Part shown: in pieces, positions 46,966 through 56,652 of the stretch
How the letters are laid out: the number at the start of each line of letters is the position of its first letter
Numbering within the stretch: the stretch's first letter is position 1
Origin: a virus
Taxonomy: Duplodnaviria; Caudoviricetes
IMG/VR virus record: IMGVR_UViG_3300005077_000001
Span: 128,001 to 192,000 of that record
Length of the DNA: 64,000 nt
Direction: 5' to 3' (one strand)
The notes under the pieces: generated by a model
Database searches by the model: none
Seen by the model: only the letters and a program-made list of their open reading frames with translations
Told to the model about the DNA's origin: nothing
Position numbers and translations under genes: made by a program

Positions 46966-49900
46966 ATGTCTGATAAATCATCATATAATCTACTAAACGA
47001 ATATAAATACATTAGAAATAAAAATCTATGTCTGTACGATTCTAATTATGGCTACATTGCTAGATTTAATAATACGGATTTAGATGGTTGGGATACTTTC
47101 ATAAATATAGAAGGAGCTGGTAATGTGGGAAGCTTCTTTTTTGGTATATCTTCTGGGCAGAACCCCTACATGAGTAGGCAGTATTCCATACCGACTCCCT
47201 TTGAAGCAGAGTTTTTTTGGCAACTAGAAATAGACATGATGCTAGAACCTGATTGGGAGGTTTTGAATAAAGCTGGAATAACGGAAATAAACGATTTAAA
47301 AGCGCGCTTGGAATGGAAAACGCAAAGTGATTCTGATTGGAATGAAGATAGCTACATAGAATTTAATGTTAGCGCAGACAAGGTTTGGCATCGATATGTG
47401 GATACTACAGTGAGGCAAAAGCCCACATGGATTAGTAATATTGTTAATTTTAAATTTTATCCTATCATTGGAAATTATCCTGGTATTAGAATATTCATAA
47501 AAAAGATAGCTTTCATTTCTCCTAATTATTATAAATGCAGACAACCAGCATGTTCTTATTATAATAGTTATTCACATCCATGTAAAGGGACTGGTGAAGC
47601 TGGGTATGCCGTCAGTAATATACCAAAGACAAGTTTTGAGTTAGATGACTCCAGTAAACAATTAGGCGTTTCAATAGATGGGCATGATATAGTTTATATT
47701 AATTTAGATTTATCTAATTCACTTAATGGGTATTCAATTGCCGCTGATATCTCAAGAAAGCTATCTTCCTTTATTGAAGCAGGATACTTATTAGCAGAGT
47801 GTATGTTTGATGATAGCACTAATACATTTACTATAAAATCTGGTTCACGTGGAGCAGATACCTGCGTGTATGTATTTCCTGGGTTAGTGAACGATTGTTC
47901 TTCTAAACTTGGTTTTTATTCTGAAACAAAAATAGCAGAATATAGGTCTTATAAAGGAGAAGATTCAGCTACTCTATTTAGAGAAAAGTACAGAAGGCTT
48001 CCTGCAACTACTTTGTATAGCCTATTGGATTCTGAAATTCCAGTAATTTCTTATAGAGCTGGTTCTCCTGCTGTTGAGATAGGTAAACGAGAATCTTTAG
48101 TTATTTCTAATAGTGTACAATATTTTGAAGGATTAGGTAAAGGAACTCTTTTGATTGATTATCTAGGAAAGGCTAATTACTACGGTAATTTATCCTATGT
48201 ATTTTTCAGTGGAGGTATTATAGAAGAAGAAAGTAGGTTTTTATTATTACGACCTGTGGGGAGTAATTATACTGTAATAGGAGAAGGTGTGTCTTCTGTT
48301 ACTACTTCCGTGGATGCGACACAAGTAAAATCCTTAACAGTGGATAAGTTTGCGGCTAAAGTTGATTGGTATGTTAGACCAGGAGATGTTATTGGGTTAT
48401 GGAGATGTGCTCCTGCTGTTGGAAAATCTACTTTAGGAGGCACTAAAGCTTTTTATGAAGAAGAATATAGGTCGTCTTGGATAGAAATATACTTGACACA
48501 AAAACCAGAAATAGGAGATTCTTTAGCTTATACTACTAACGACTTTAAATTATATGGAGGGGACTCTCTACCTGTATATTCACAATCATCTGAAACAATT
48601 AATGATATTGGGGTTGAAATAGAATTAAAATCAGAGTTTGGAATTGAATCTATAATTGTAACCGGGGTTGAAGAATATAGTGTTATAAATTATAATATGG
48701 CATTAATGAAAGGAACTGAAATTAATGCGTATAGTGGGGCTAACTACTCTATCTGGGTAGATGCTCCCCGCCAGAATTTTTCTAAAGCTAGGCAAGTAAG
48801 TAGAATAGCCACTCCTAGGAATACTTACGCTCTCAATGATAACATTACTGTAGCTTTAGGTGGCTCTTCTACCTATAATCAGACTGAGACGGACGGAACT
48901 GGTACTTACTTCTATGTAGATAGTGATTTAGAATGGTACCCACCGGTTGCTGATTATTTAGGAAAAAGCTACTCTGATACAGATATAGATATGCCAGACA
49001 GATTTGATGGTAGAGGTGTAGATTGGGGAGAACGTAGAGCATATACTGCTTTTGATGATGGGGTTTTTTCGGATGATTGGTGGATAGATGGAGAACAAAG
49101 AGAGCGAATTCCTTTTTGGATTGAAATTTGGTTTTCTAAAACACCTAATATAAAATTTGATATTGGGCAAATCATTTCCTATTTTGTGGAAGAGTATAAT
49201 CTCATTGATTTTTGTTTAGAGTATTATATAGAGCCAGAAGAATGGGATAATCATAATTGGTCTTCATTTTATGCATGGCCAATTAAGATGATAGGAGAAG
49301 GGACTTCTGTCGGATGGAAACTATTTGAAGACCCCGTATTAGTATTACTAGATGGTAAGTATGATGTAACCTCATCTAAATATTTTACTAAGTCCTATGT
49401 TACAAGTTGGATGAGTGATAATTGGCCAGGGCTAGATTATGATTATAGAGTTGCTAGAAAAGAAGAGTCATATGGGTTATTCTGGACTTCTTTGTCTCAG
49501 ACATTTAATCCTGTTAAAACACGAGCAATAAGGCTGTACTCATGGAGACATTACAGCACAAAAATCACAGAAATAAGAGTTATGTCTAGTTTAATTGACT
49601 TAAATGCTATTACTAATTCTGTAAGTATACGGGTTGGGAATAGCACTCCGGTTTTTAATAGTAACACTTATGAATTAACTACAGTTTCTGGGGAACAATA
49701 CTCTTCTTCTAGATTAACTTTTGTCGAAAACATGGAGGATTGGAGTTATCCTTCTTTATCAAATTCAACTATAACATCAGGAGTAGCTATTGCTCCAGTT
49801 GGTAGAACAATAAGCAAATTTGATATAGAGATTAGTGATGTGGATATTGATATATGTAGCTTATGGGTTAATGGGCAAGAACGTAATATTAGAATAGAAA

Positions 49901-52900
49901 ATAATTTAAATCAACCTACAAATGAAATTGATAATTTATCAAGTCAATTATCTTTAGATACATCAGAACTTATAAATCCAACAAAAGAATATACTCTGTT
50001 TAATGACAACGGGATAATTGCTGATTTACATCTTGATTTAGCTACTAAATCTAGTAATTCAAGTTTATTATATAGTAGTAGTTTGAGTAATGCTGCTGCT
50101 ATCACTAATCCTACCACGGGCCCAGCAGGTTCAGTTATTAAAGACTCCGACTTTGAATTTACTAATATGAACTCTGCTATTCATAATTCTAAAGTATACT
50201 ATTTAAACTGGAAGGATAATTCTAAGTTTGATTGGTATAAAAAGACAACCAATCAATGGATTAAATCTAAAGTAGGTAATCCATTTTCTATGTATACTAA
50301 TTGGAATGAACTAGAAAACTCCAATAGACCAAATTGGTATTTCTATAATATTTGTTATGCCAATAGATGTAGCATTAATTATGATTCTGCTATGAATCTA
50401 TATTTTAATATCCCTAATGTAACAGATTTTGATAAATGGAATTTTCCTACTTACTATACTTCAACAACATTAAAAAGTAACTGCACTTTACGTATGAGAC
50501 TGGATGATGCATTGGAATATATTCCAGACAGTATAGTTGGATGTGGATTAGTTATTTTTGATAATAATAACAAATCAAATTATATTACAATTTCTCGTAA
50601 TTCTCGTGATGATTTTATTTTTCCAGCTACGGATTGGGTAATAACAAATAATAGTTATACTGCTTATACTGAAGATTGGGTGTATTTATATTTAATAAAA
50701 GACAGTCAGAATATTACACTAGGTTATAGAAATAGATGGGATTCTCTAGTTATATTAGAAAAAACATCTATAACTGGATGGAGTGATGATTTAAGAATTG
50801 GAATATACGCAAGTCTAGTATCTGATTCCTCTGCTAGTACTGAGGTTGCTATTCCTTGGATGGATTTTGAATCTGCTGCTAATTATATTGTAGATAACTT
50901 TGTTGAATACTCTTATAACCCAATGGTAAGCGGTGTTACTTATGGAGATTGGAATTTAAATTATCCTTATGAATCCTTAAATTTCTATTCTACTCATTAT
51001 GATAACTTATATGTTAAGATAAAAGAATATACTAATTTTATTACAGGTTCTGGAACCTCTTTTTCTGTTTCTATAGGAGATAAAGATTCACAATTCAAAT
51101 TTTCATCTGTTATATCAGATATAAATTTTGTTTCCACTAGTGGTCAAGATTTCATAGGAATAAATTTAACTTTATCGGGGTATAAATCTTATTTGGAAAT
51201 TCTTCCTTCTGGTGTTGTAAAGCATACAACTCAAGGAACTACTGAACAAGTAACTTTTACTTCTAATAATTTATGGATAGATTTAGAATTAAATAATGAT
51301 AATACAATTACTTCTTACTACTCAGAGGATGGTGTAACTTATGAAGTATTGGCAGAGCATTCAATATCTAGTTGGCCAAACGGTAATCTAACTTTTTCTA
51401 TAGGCGGTGGCGCTGGTGATATTCCTTCTTCTGCTACTATGAGTGGTATGTATATTGAAATTGAGAAGCCTACATCCATTGGTTATTCTTTAGATACTCA
51501 TACAGAAATAGCCGTTAGATTTGATAGCTTAATCCCAATATTAGATATTTTTGGTAGAGGATTTTTTGATATTACTGGATGGTCTCATCAGGATACTGAA
51601 GAGGTGAATTCTGTGAGCTGGAGTTCTAGTAGGTTTGACTATGTTCAGTGGATAAAACTATGTCAAGCATCTCAAGGTTCTGATTCTTATGTTGCAGAGA
51701 CTAATTTACTAGAGACTTTAAAAGTTATAAGTGACCCTTATAAGGATTTTATAGATGGTAATCCAATTGATATAAGAGAAGTTAGTGATTATAAATCTAG
51801 AATTTATAGCTATTGTAAAGGTCTTAATTCTGAGTATACTCCTTACTACGACACAGATTACCCTGTAATAATTATAGATTTTGGACAAACTCTTTGTTTA
51901 AGTAGAGCCAAATTTACTAACTCTAATTTATATGGTAGGTTTTCTAATACTGAGACTAGTAATCCCTCTTTAGTTGAATGGGAATCTTCTTCTTATCCTA
52001 ATTCTGGTTTCAACAGAAAGTGTGTTTATAGTAATGACTATAATTGTAATGCCCCGTTTACTTGGGGCAAACCTAGATTTGAGTACGGTAGATATCCAAC
52101 ATACGGTTATAAATCTAATGCTATACTTCCTACTTTACCTGATATGTACTATGCTTTTATTTACGGATGCAATGGGTTAACTTTTTCAGTTGGAGATTCA
52201 ACTATTATTACCTACCAAATGTGCCCTGTATTTTATTTAGGAAATTATAGATGGATGTTGCAATACTCTACTAATGCTATATATAAATTTAATTCTTCTG
52301 ACGGACTTGCTTGGCAGATAGACCCAATTCAGTTGCATCCTTCTGCTCCAATTAAGTTAGTTGATAGAGTTGAATGGTGGGATACTAGTTCGGGAGCTTT
52401 ATCCATAGAAAATGGTTCTTTGTGCTATAGGTATGATACCGTTAATCAGGATGCTTCCTTTTCCATAAATAGAGACGGGTGCGATTATTTCAGATTTTCT
52501 TTAGACGATAAATGGACCGTGGAAGATTCTTTCCAGTTCGATTTAAAGCTTAGTAATCCTGAGGTAGTAGATTATATAGGTGTCGCTATAGGGAAGAGCC
52601 CTAAAGTATGTTGGTATTTTGAATTTGATTCATTTTATAACGGTTGGAATACATATGCCATGAAATATTCTGAAGCGGATATTCTATATGATAGTTCTAG
52701 TAATGAAACTTATGATGACCCTACAGAAGTATTTTTTACTTCTGGAGAGAAGGAATATTATAACGCTATTTCTTTACCTAAGATTCCAATGATGTTCTTG
52801 AATTTTGGTTATATAGAAATATTTGTTCGAGCATCAGAAAAAATAGATTTACAAATTAAAAATTTAAAAAATATAAGAACAACTCATGAAAATTCACAAT

Positions 52901-53694
52901 TGTTTTTAGGTAATAATTCTTTTTTACAAGTGAATAGTTTGCCCTTATCTACAACTGCTGGTACTGTAGAATTTGATTTTTTACCTTCTCATTTTTATTT
53001 AAGTCAAATGAGTGACCCACGCCAATTTGATTTTTCTATTTTATCTATAATTTCTAATTTAGGACGTAATACTTACTTATACTACAAGTCAGGGTTTGGA
53101 TGGAATATTATTCTGACTACTTCCGTGTTAACTGAATCTTTTGGGTCTACTAATTATTTAGTAATGTCTACTGACGAAAGTATAACTAAAACTACTATTT
53201 CTCCTAATAACCCTGACCCAATGCATATAGTATTAAGTTGGGATTCTAATGGGTTATCTGGATTAAATTATAATATAGCTTTATGGGTAAATGGGCATCT
53301 TGTTATAGGTTATGATAGTGGTTTACTTAATCAAGAGGTTTCTTTTTCTTCAGGTATTGTACTTGGCGGTAGTGTACCCCTTTCTTTAAGACAAGATGGT
53401 CTACCAATAAAATCATACGGATTTTTTTCTAACATCAAAGTATATAGCTTTTCTACTAACAATGGTATAATCTCTACTAGCAATTCTGTTATTCCTGAAA
53501 AGTATATAGACTTATCTAAAGATGGTGTCAGCTGGAAAGGAATAAGTAGTGGAGAATTACCTTTAATATATGAGGATATCCCTGATGGAGGGAGTGCTAA
53601 ATTTTATATTAGAAACAGAATGCCGAATAAAGTTACAATGAAAACTTTAGATAGGCTTACTTCTTATATTATTGCTGAATGGGTAATTAGGTAA
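46966..53694 (+). CDS. Giant multi-domain glycan-binding tail protein (galactose-binding-like, ConA/LamG domains; 2242 aa)
   Basis: N-terminal FNNTDLDGW...RLEWKT...EFNVSADKVWHRY CBM-like segment. FNPVKTRAIRL (discoidin-like). C-terminal GTVEFDF...HIVLSWD...LWVNG...FSNIKVYS (LamG). Confidence 0.6.
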   Translation: MSDKSSYNLLNEYKYIRNKNLCLYDSNYGYIARFNNTDLDGWDTFINIEGAGNVGSFFFGISSGQNPYMSRQYSIPTPFEAEFFWQLEIDMMLEPDWEVLNKAGITEINDLKARLEWKTQSDSDWNEDSYIEFNVSADKVWHRYVDTTVRQKPTWISNIVNFKFYPIIGNYPGIRIFIKKIAFISPNYYKCRQPACSYYNSYSHPCKGTGEAGYAVSNIPKTSFELDDSSKQLGVSIDGHDIVYINLDLSNSLNGYSIAADISRKLSSFIEAGYLLAECMFDDSTNTFTIKSGSRGADTCVYVFPGLVNDCSSKLGFYSETKIAEYRSYKGEDSATLFREKYRRLPATTLYSLLDSEIPVISYRAGSPAVEIGKRESLVISNSVQYFEGLGKGTLLIDYLGKANYYGNLSYVFFSGGIIEEESRFLLLRPVGSNYTVIGEGVSSVTTSVDATQVKSLTVDKFAAKVDWYVRPGDVIGLWRCAPAVGKSTLGGTKAFYEEEYRSSWIEIYLTQKPEIGDSLAYTTNDFKLYGGDSLPVYSQSSETINDIGVEIELKSEFGIESIIVTGVEEYSVINYNMALMKGTEINAYSGANYSIWVDAPRQNFSKARQVSRIATPRNTYALNDNITVALGGSSTYNQTETDGTGTYFYVDSDLEWYPPVADYLGKSYSDTDIDMPDRFDGRGVDWGERRAYTAFDDGVFSDDWWIDGEQRERIPFWIEIWFSKTPNIKFDIGQIISYFVEEYNLIDFCLEYYIEPEEWDNHNWSSFYAWPIKMIGEGTSVGWKLFEDPVLVLLDGKYDVTSSKYFTKSYVTSWMSDNWPGLDYDYRVARKEESYGLFWTSLSQTFNPVKTRAIRLYSWRHYSTKITEIRVMSSLIDLNAITNSVSIRVGNSTPVFNSNTYELTTVSGEQYSSSRLTFVENMEDWSYPSLSNSTITSGVAIAPVGRTISKFDIEISDVDIDICSLWVNGQERNIRIENNLNQPTNEIDNLSSQLSLDTSELINPTKEYTLFNDNGIIADLHLDLATKSSNSSLLYSSSLSNAAAITNPTTGPAGSVIKDSDFEFTNMNSAIHNSKVYYLNWKDNSKFDWYKKTTNQWIKSKVGNPFSMYTNWNELENSNRPNWYFYNICYANRCSINYDSAMNLYFNIPNVTDFDKWNFPTYYTSTTLKSNCTLRMRLDDALEYIPDSIVGCGLVIFDNNNKSNYITISRNSRDDFIFPATDWVITNNSYTAYTEDWVYLYLIKDSQNITLGYRNRWDSLVILEKTSITGWSDDLRIGIYASLVSDSSASTEVAIPWMDFESAANYIVDNFVEYSYNPMVSGVTYGDWNLNYPYESLNFYSTHYDNLYVKIKEYTNFITGSGTSFSVSIGDKDSQFKFSSVISDINFVSTSGQDFIGINLTLSGYKSYLEILPSGVVKHTTQGTTEQVTFTSNNLWIDLELNNDNTITSYYSEDGVTYEVLAEHSISSWPNGNLTFSIGGGAGDIPSSATMSGMYIEIEKPTSIGYSLDTHTEIAVRFDSLIPILDIFGRGFFDITGWSHQDTEEVNSVSWSSSRFDYVQWIKLCQASQGSDSYVAETNLLETLKVISDPYKDFIDGNPIDIREVSDYKSRIYSYCKGLNSEYTPYYDTDYPVIIIDFGQTLCLSRAKFTNSNLYGRFSNTETSNPSLVEWESSSYPNSGFNRKCVYSNDYNCNAPFTWGKPRFEYGRYPTYGYKSNAILPTLPDMYYAFIYGCNGLTFSVGDSTIITYQMCPVFYLGNYRWMLQYSTNAIYKFNSSDGLAWQIDPIQLHPSAPIKLVDRVEWWDTSSGALSIENGSLCYRYDTVNQDASFSINRDGCDYFRFSLDDKWTVEDSFQFDLKLSNPEVVDYIGVAIGKSPKVCWYFEFDSFYNGWNTYAMKYSEADILYDSSSNETYDDPTEVFFTSGEKEYYNAISLPKIPMMFLNFGYIEIFVRASEKIDLQIKNLKNIRTTHENSQLFLGNNSFLQVNSLPLSTTAGTVEFDFLPSHFYLSQMSDPRQFDFSILSIISNLGRNTYLYYKSGFGWNIILTTSVLTESFGSTNYLVMSTDESITKTTISPNNPDPMHIVLSWDSNGLSGLNYNIALWVNGHLVIGYDSGLLNQEVSFSSGIVLGGSVPLSLRQDGLPIKSYGFFSNIKVYSFSTNNGIISTSNSVIPEKYIDLSKDGVSWKGISSGELPLIYEDIPDGGSAKFYIRNRMPNKVTMKTLDRLTSYIIAEWVIR

Positions 53695-55247
53695 TGAGTA
53701 GTATAATTAAAGTAACTGAAGATGGTATACAAATAAATTCTATCACTTTAAGAAGTGTAAGTGACATACGAGCTTATATAGCAACCATATACCAAACCAG
53801 TGACTTATCTACTCAATTAGGTATTCATAAACCAGAGCATATCTATGCTCATTTCAGAATAATCCAAACAAGTTATAGTGATTTGTTTACAACAATAGGA
53901 GGGCATTACTCTGATTATGCTTTGTTAAATGCATCTCTGTATGGTTTTAGATTTAAGGACATATATGCCTCTATAGGAGGTCACCAACCTGCTTACTTAT
54001 TTTCTCATTTTCAAATATGGCATGAGTCTTATTTACAAGCACAGATTGATATGCACTCTCCTGAAAATTTACTAGCAAATATTTATGGAGACCCTTATGG
54101 TGGTATAAATCTTCTTAGTTCATTTAGAATATTACAATCAAAAACCTTACAAGTCAATTTAAATGCTTGGACTAAATTTAAAGATTTATTTATATCTTGT
54201 ATGGGATGGAGAAAATTAGATTTAATTACTGAATTAGAAGCTAGCGGTGGGTATAAAAATTTAAATGTAAATCTACCATTACAATCCCAGTGGGTTAATT
54301 TATATGCTACTTTTCGTATTAATTTAAGAAGAATTTCTACAATTATAAAAGTGCATATGCTAGAGCATAAAGAACTCTATGCTATAATTAATAACTCATT
54401 CCCCTGTTACTTTGGAAGTTCTTATAAAAACCTATATGTAGAATTTTCATCTAGACCAGATTATCTTCTTCTAGCCTATCTACGTGGTATAAGAGGAACT
54501 GGTACAAAGGATTTAAGAATTTATATAAACCATGATGATTCTTTTTCTTACTATTTAGACACTAAAAAGTTGAATATCATTATTCCATTACGAAAAGAAT
54601 ATGTTGTAGATTTTAAAAGATTGAAGTATAATAATTTAATGTCGTCTGTTTATTTGGATTATAAAACAATTTCTTTTATTTATCCAAGACGACAAATCAC
54701 TGGTGGATATAGCACATTATATGTAGGGTTATCACCTTATGAGAATAAAACTCGTGATTTATATGTCGAATTATTCCCACTATACCAACTACCTCCTATT
54801 TTAAAAAACGTAAGTCAAGTAGAGCTTTGGTCTAATGACCCTCCTGAGCTTTATCGGATAATAGATATATTATTTGAACAGCAAGTACATGAATATATTT
54901 GGTCTGGATATGAACAAGTCGCTTATTCAAGAGCTTTGTGGGAGAAATGGTGTTTAATGTCTCGTGGGTATCTTCCAAGCACATTGAATGGAGGCCAAAT
55001 TGATTATGTTACAATGCAAAGTTTATGCGACATTAGGCAGTTTGCTAATACAGATGAAGCAATAAGGTATTTGATTGAAAAAACTGTCATCACTGGTACT
55101 TCAGATTTATATGCTTACATTTCCATGTTGACCGGCTGTAAAAATTTACAAATAAATTTTTCAATTATTTCAAATTTACAAGATTTAGTAATTACTTTAG
55201 AACCCGTACACACTAAAGACCTAAGTGTAAATTTGGTTGGAATTTAG
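53694..55247 (+). CDS. Repeat protein with many 11-14 aa '(K/S)DLxAxI' repeats, putative beta-solenoid fibre
   Basis: SDIRAYI, SDLSTQL, SDLFTTI, KDIYASI, ENLLANI, KDLFISC, KNLNVNL, KELYAII, KDLRIYI, SDLYAYI, KDLSVNL etc. Confidence 0.5.
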   Translation: MSSIIKVTEDGIQINSITLRSVSDIRAYIATIYQTSDLSTQLGIHKPEHIYAHFRIIQTSYSDLFTTIGGHYSDYALLNASLYGFRFKDIYASIGGHQPAYLFSHFQIWHESYLQAQIDMHSPENLLANIYGDPYGGINLLSSFRILQSKTLQVNLNAWTKFKDLFISCMGWRKLDLITELEASGGYKNLNVNLPLQSQWVNLYATFRINLRRISTIIKVHMLEHKELYAIINNSFPCYFGSSYKNLYVEFSSRPDYLLLAYLRGIRGTGTKDLRIYINHDDSFSYYLDTKKLNIIIPLRKEYVVDFKRLKYNNLMSSVYLDYKTISFIYPRRQITGGYSTLYVGLSPYENKTRDLYVELFPLYQLPPILKNVSQVELWSNDPPELYRIIDILFEQQVHEYIWSGYEQVAYSRALWEKWCLMSRGYLPSTLNGGQIDYVTMQSLCDIRQFANTDEAIRYLIEKTVITGTSDLYAYISMLTGCKNLQINFSIISNLQDLVITLEPVHTKDLSVNLVGI

Positions 55248-55254
55248 TCCTTCC

Positions 55255-55281
55255 AAAAAATATTTCCTTAGTACTTATATA
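55255..55281 (+). promoter_or_regulatory. Copy 1 of exact 27-bp repeat AAAAAATATTTCCTTAGTACTTATATA, putative phage promoter/regulatory site
   Basis: Identical to 55866-55892. Both copies lie just after a stop codon, in intergenic DNA. Confidence 0.55.
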
Positions 55282-55367
55282 TTATAGGACCTAGCAAGGG
55301 ACTTGCTTGCTGAATACATAAAAACTTTTGCTGTCGGGGGATAATTAACTATCCTATAGCTAAGTAC

Positions 55368-55460
55368 AGGAACCTCTTTTTAATTATTATGATGATGATT
55401 TATATTTGATTAACAATTTATGTAACACTTCGTTTAACACTAGCCTATAAAGAGGTTCCT
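55368..55460. repeat. Perfect 12-bp inverted repeat AGGAACCTCTTT / AAAGAGGTTCCT
   Basis: Arms at 55368-55379 and 55449-55460, followed by a T-tract. Confidence 0.8.
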
Positions 55461-55523
55461 ATTTTTTTATCAATTATCCAACTTTTTTATAGTAGTATAT
55501 TTTATTTTTTATTGAGGTGATTA

Positions 55524-55715
55524 ATGGCAGAGCGCACTGTAGTTACAATTTGCCCTAAATGTAGTAACAAACCTCATAGCCAAGATTTAATTTATAAAGA
55601 AGGATTACGTGTCCATAATCGTAAACCTAATTCTCAATTGGCTTGTACAGTTTGTGGAAATGTTAAAGGGGAAATTAAAATTGTAGCTGAAACTAACAAA
55701 AAGAGCAAAAAATAA
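55524..55715 (+). CDS. Small Zn-finger phage protein
   Basis: CPKC...SQDLIYKEGLRVHN...CTVCG; GAGGTG RBS. Confidence 0.65.
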   Translation: MAERTVVTICPKCSNKPHSQDLIYKEGLRVHNRKPNSQLACTVCGNVKGEIKIVAETNKKSKK

Positions 55716-55867
55716 TGGAATTAGAATCAGATTATTTTTGTCCTAAATGTGGTTCAAAAGAATATTTAATTTTGAACTGTGGATTAGTTTGGTGTTCTAA
55801 GTGTAAAAGATACGCCATTCATGAGGAAACCTACTGTGAATGGGAAGATGACGGGTACGCAGACTAA
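55715..55867 (+). CDS. 50-aa zinc-ribbon protein (not in the ORF track)
   Basis: Translated by hand: MELESDYFCPKCGSKEYLILNCGLVWCSKCKRYAIHEETYCEWEDDGYAD*. TAATG overlap with the upstream gene. Confidence 0.6.
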   Translation: MELESDYFCPKCGSKEYLILNCGLVWCSKCKRYAIHEETYCEWEDDGYAD

Positions 55868-55892
55868 AAAATATTTCCTTAGTACTTATATA
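55866..55892 (+). promoter_or_regulatory. Copy 2 of the 27-bp putative promoter repeat
   Basis: Identical to 55255-55281; 44 bp upstream of the ORF at 55937. Confidence 0.55.
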
Positions 55893-55936
55893 AGTAAGGA
55901 GGAAAATTTTGTATACTAAAAAGGGGCAGTTCGGAA

Positions 55937-56149
55937 ATGATAACCACTGTAATAATACATAGGCATACGTGTAGTTGTTGTGGGTATACGTGGGAGACTT
56001 ACGGATGCGAATGTAATCCAACCATATGCCCAGTGTGCTGTAAAAGTCAATGGGAACCGTGGAATCCTAGAAGACCATGGGAACGTGACCCATGGACAGG
56101 TGAAAAACCATTTGATGCTGTTTTTTCTAAGAAAGTGATATCAATTTAA
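55937..56149 (+). CDS. Small zinc-ribbon protein
   Basis: HTCSCCGYTW...PTICPVCCKSQW pattern. Confidence 0.55.
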   Translation: MITTVIIHRHTCSCCGYTWETYGCECNPTICPVCCKSQWEPWNPRRPWERDPWTGEKPFDAVFSKKVISI

Positions 56150-56427
56150 TGGAACTATGCGTTATATGCCAAACTGATGAAGCTACAGAACGGCACCACG
56201 TTTGTCCTAGAAGTAAAGGGGGTAAAGAATGGATAATGTGTTGTCATGATTGTGGTGATAAAGTTCATTCTGCATTTAATAACATTGAATTGTCAATTAT
56301 GACATTAGGAGAATTATTAAGTACTAAAGAAATGCAAGAGTGGCTTCTATGGAAAAAGAAACATCCAGGTGACCATTCTACGAAGATGTCTAATAAAGTT
56401 AAGGAATGGAAAAAGTATCATAGATAA
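56149..56427 (+). CDS. Small HNH endonuclease-family protein
   Basis: CVIC...RHHVCPRSKGG...CCHDCGDKVH. Confidence 0.75.
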   Translation: MELCVICQTDEATERHHVCPRSKGGKEWIMCCHDCGDKVHSAFNNIELSIMTLGELLSTKEMQEWLLWKKKHPGDHSTKMSNKVKEWKKYHR

Positions 56428-56627
56428 TGGGTGATATTATATTTATTAAAGATTACCTTGATAGAAAAGCATCAGAAAAAGAGTATCAAGATTTTTCTTC
56501 TGAACTCTATAGGTTATATCCTATAGAGGCTGTTCGTGTTCCAACCAGATATTATCTTGCCTTAGAAAGACAACAAAATCCTGATTATTATTTAAATATT
56601 TATTTTCATCCAGATTTTGATTGGTAA
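56427..56627 (+). CDS. Hypothetical protein
   Basis: 66-aa coupled ORF. Confidence 0.45.
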   Translation: MGDIIFIKDYLDRKASEKEYQDFSSELYRLYPIEAVRVPTRYYLALERQQNPDYYLNIYFHPDFDW

Positions 56628-56652
56628 TAAAAAATAAAATAAAGGAGTATAA

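Noticed and set aside
30770-55247. Diversity-generating retroelement acting on fibre genes
   Set aside because: No reverse transcriptase and no near-identical TR/VR pair noticed by eye. A self-alignment would be needed to exclude it fully.
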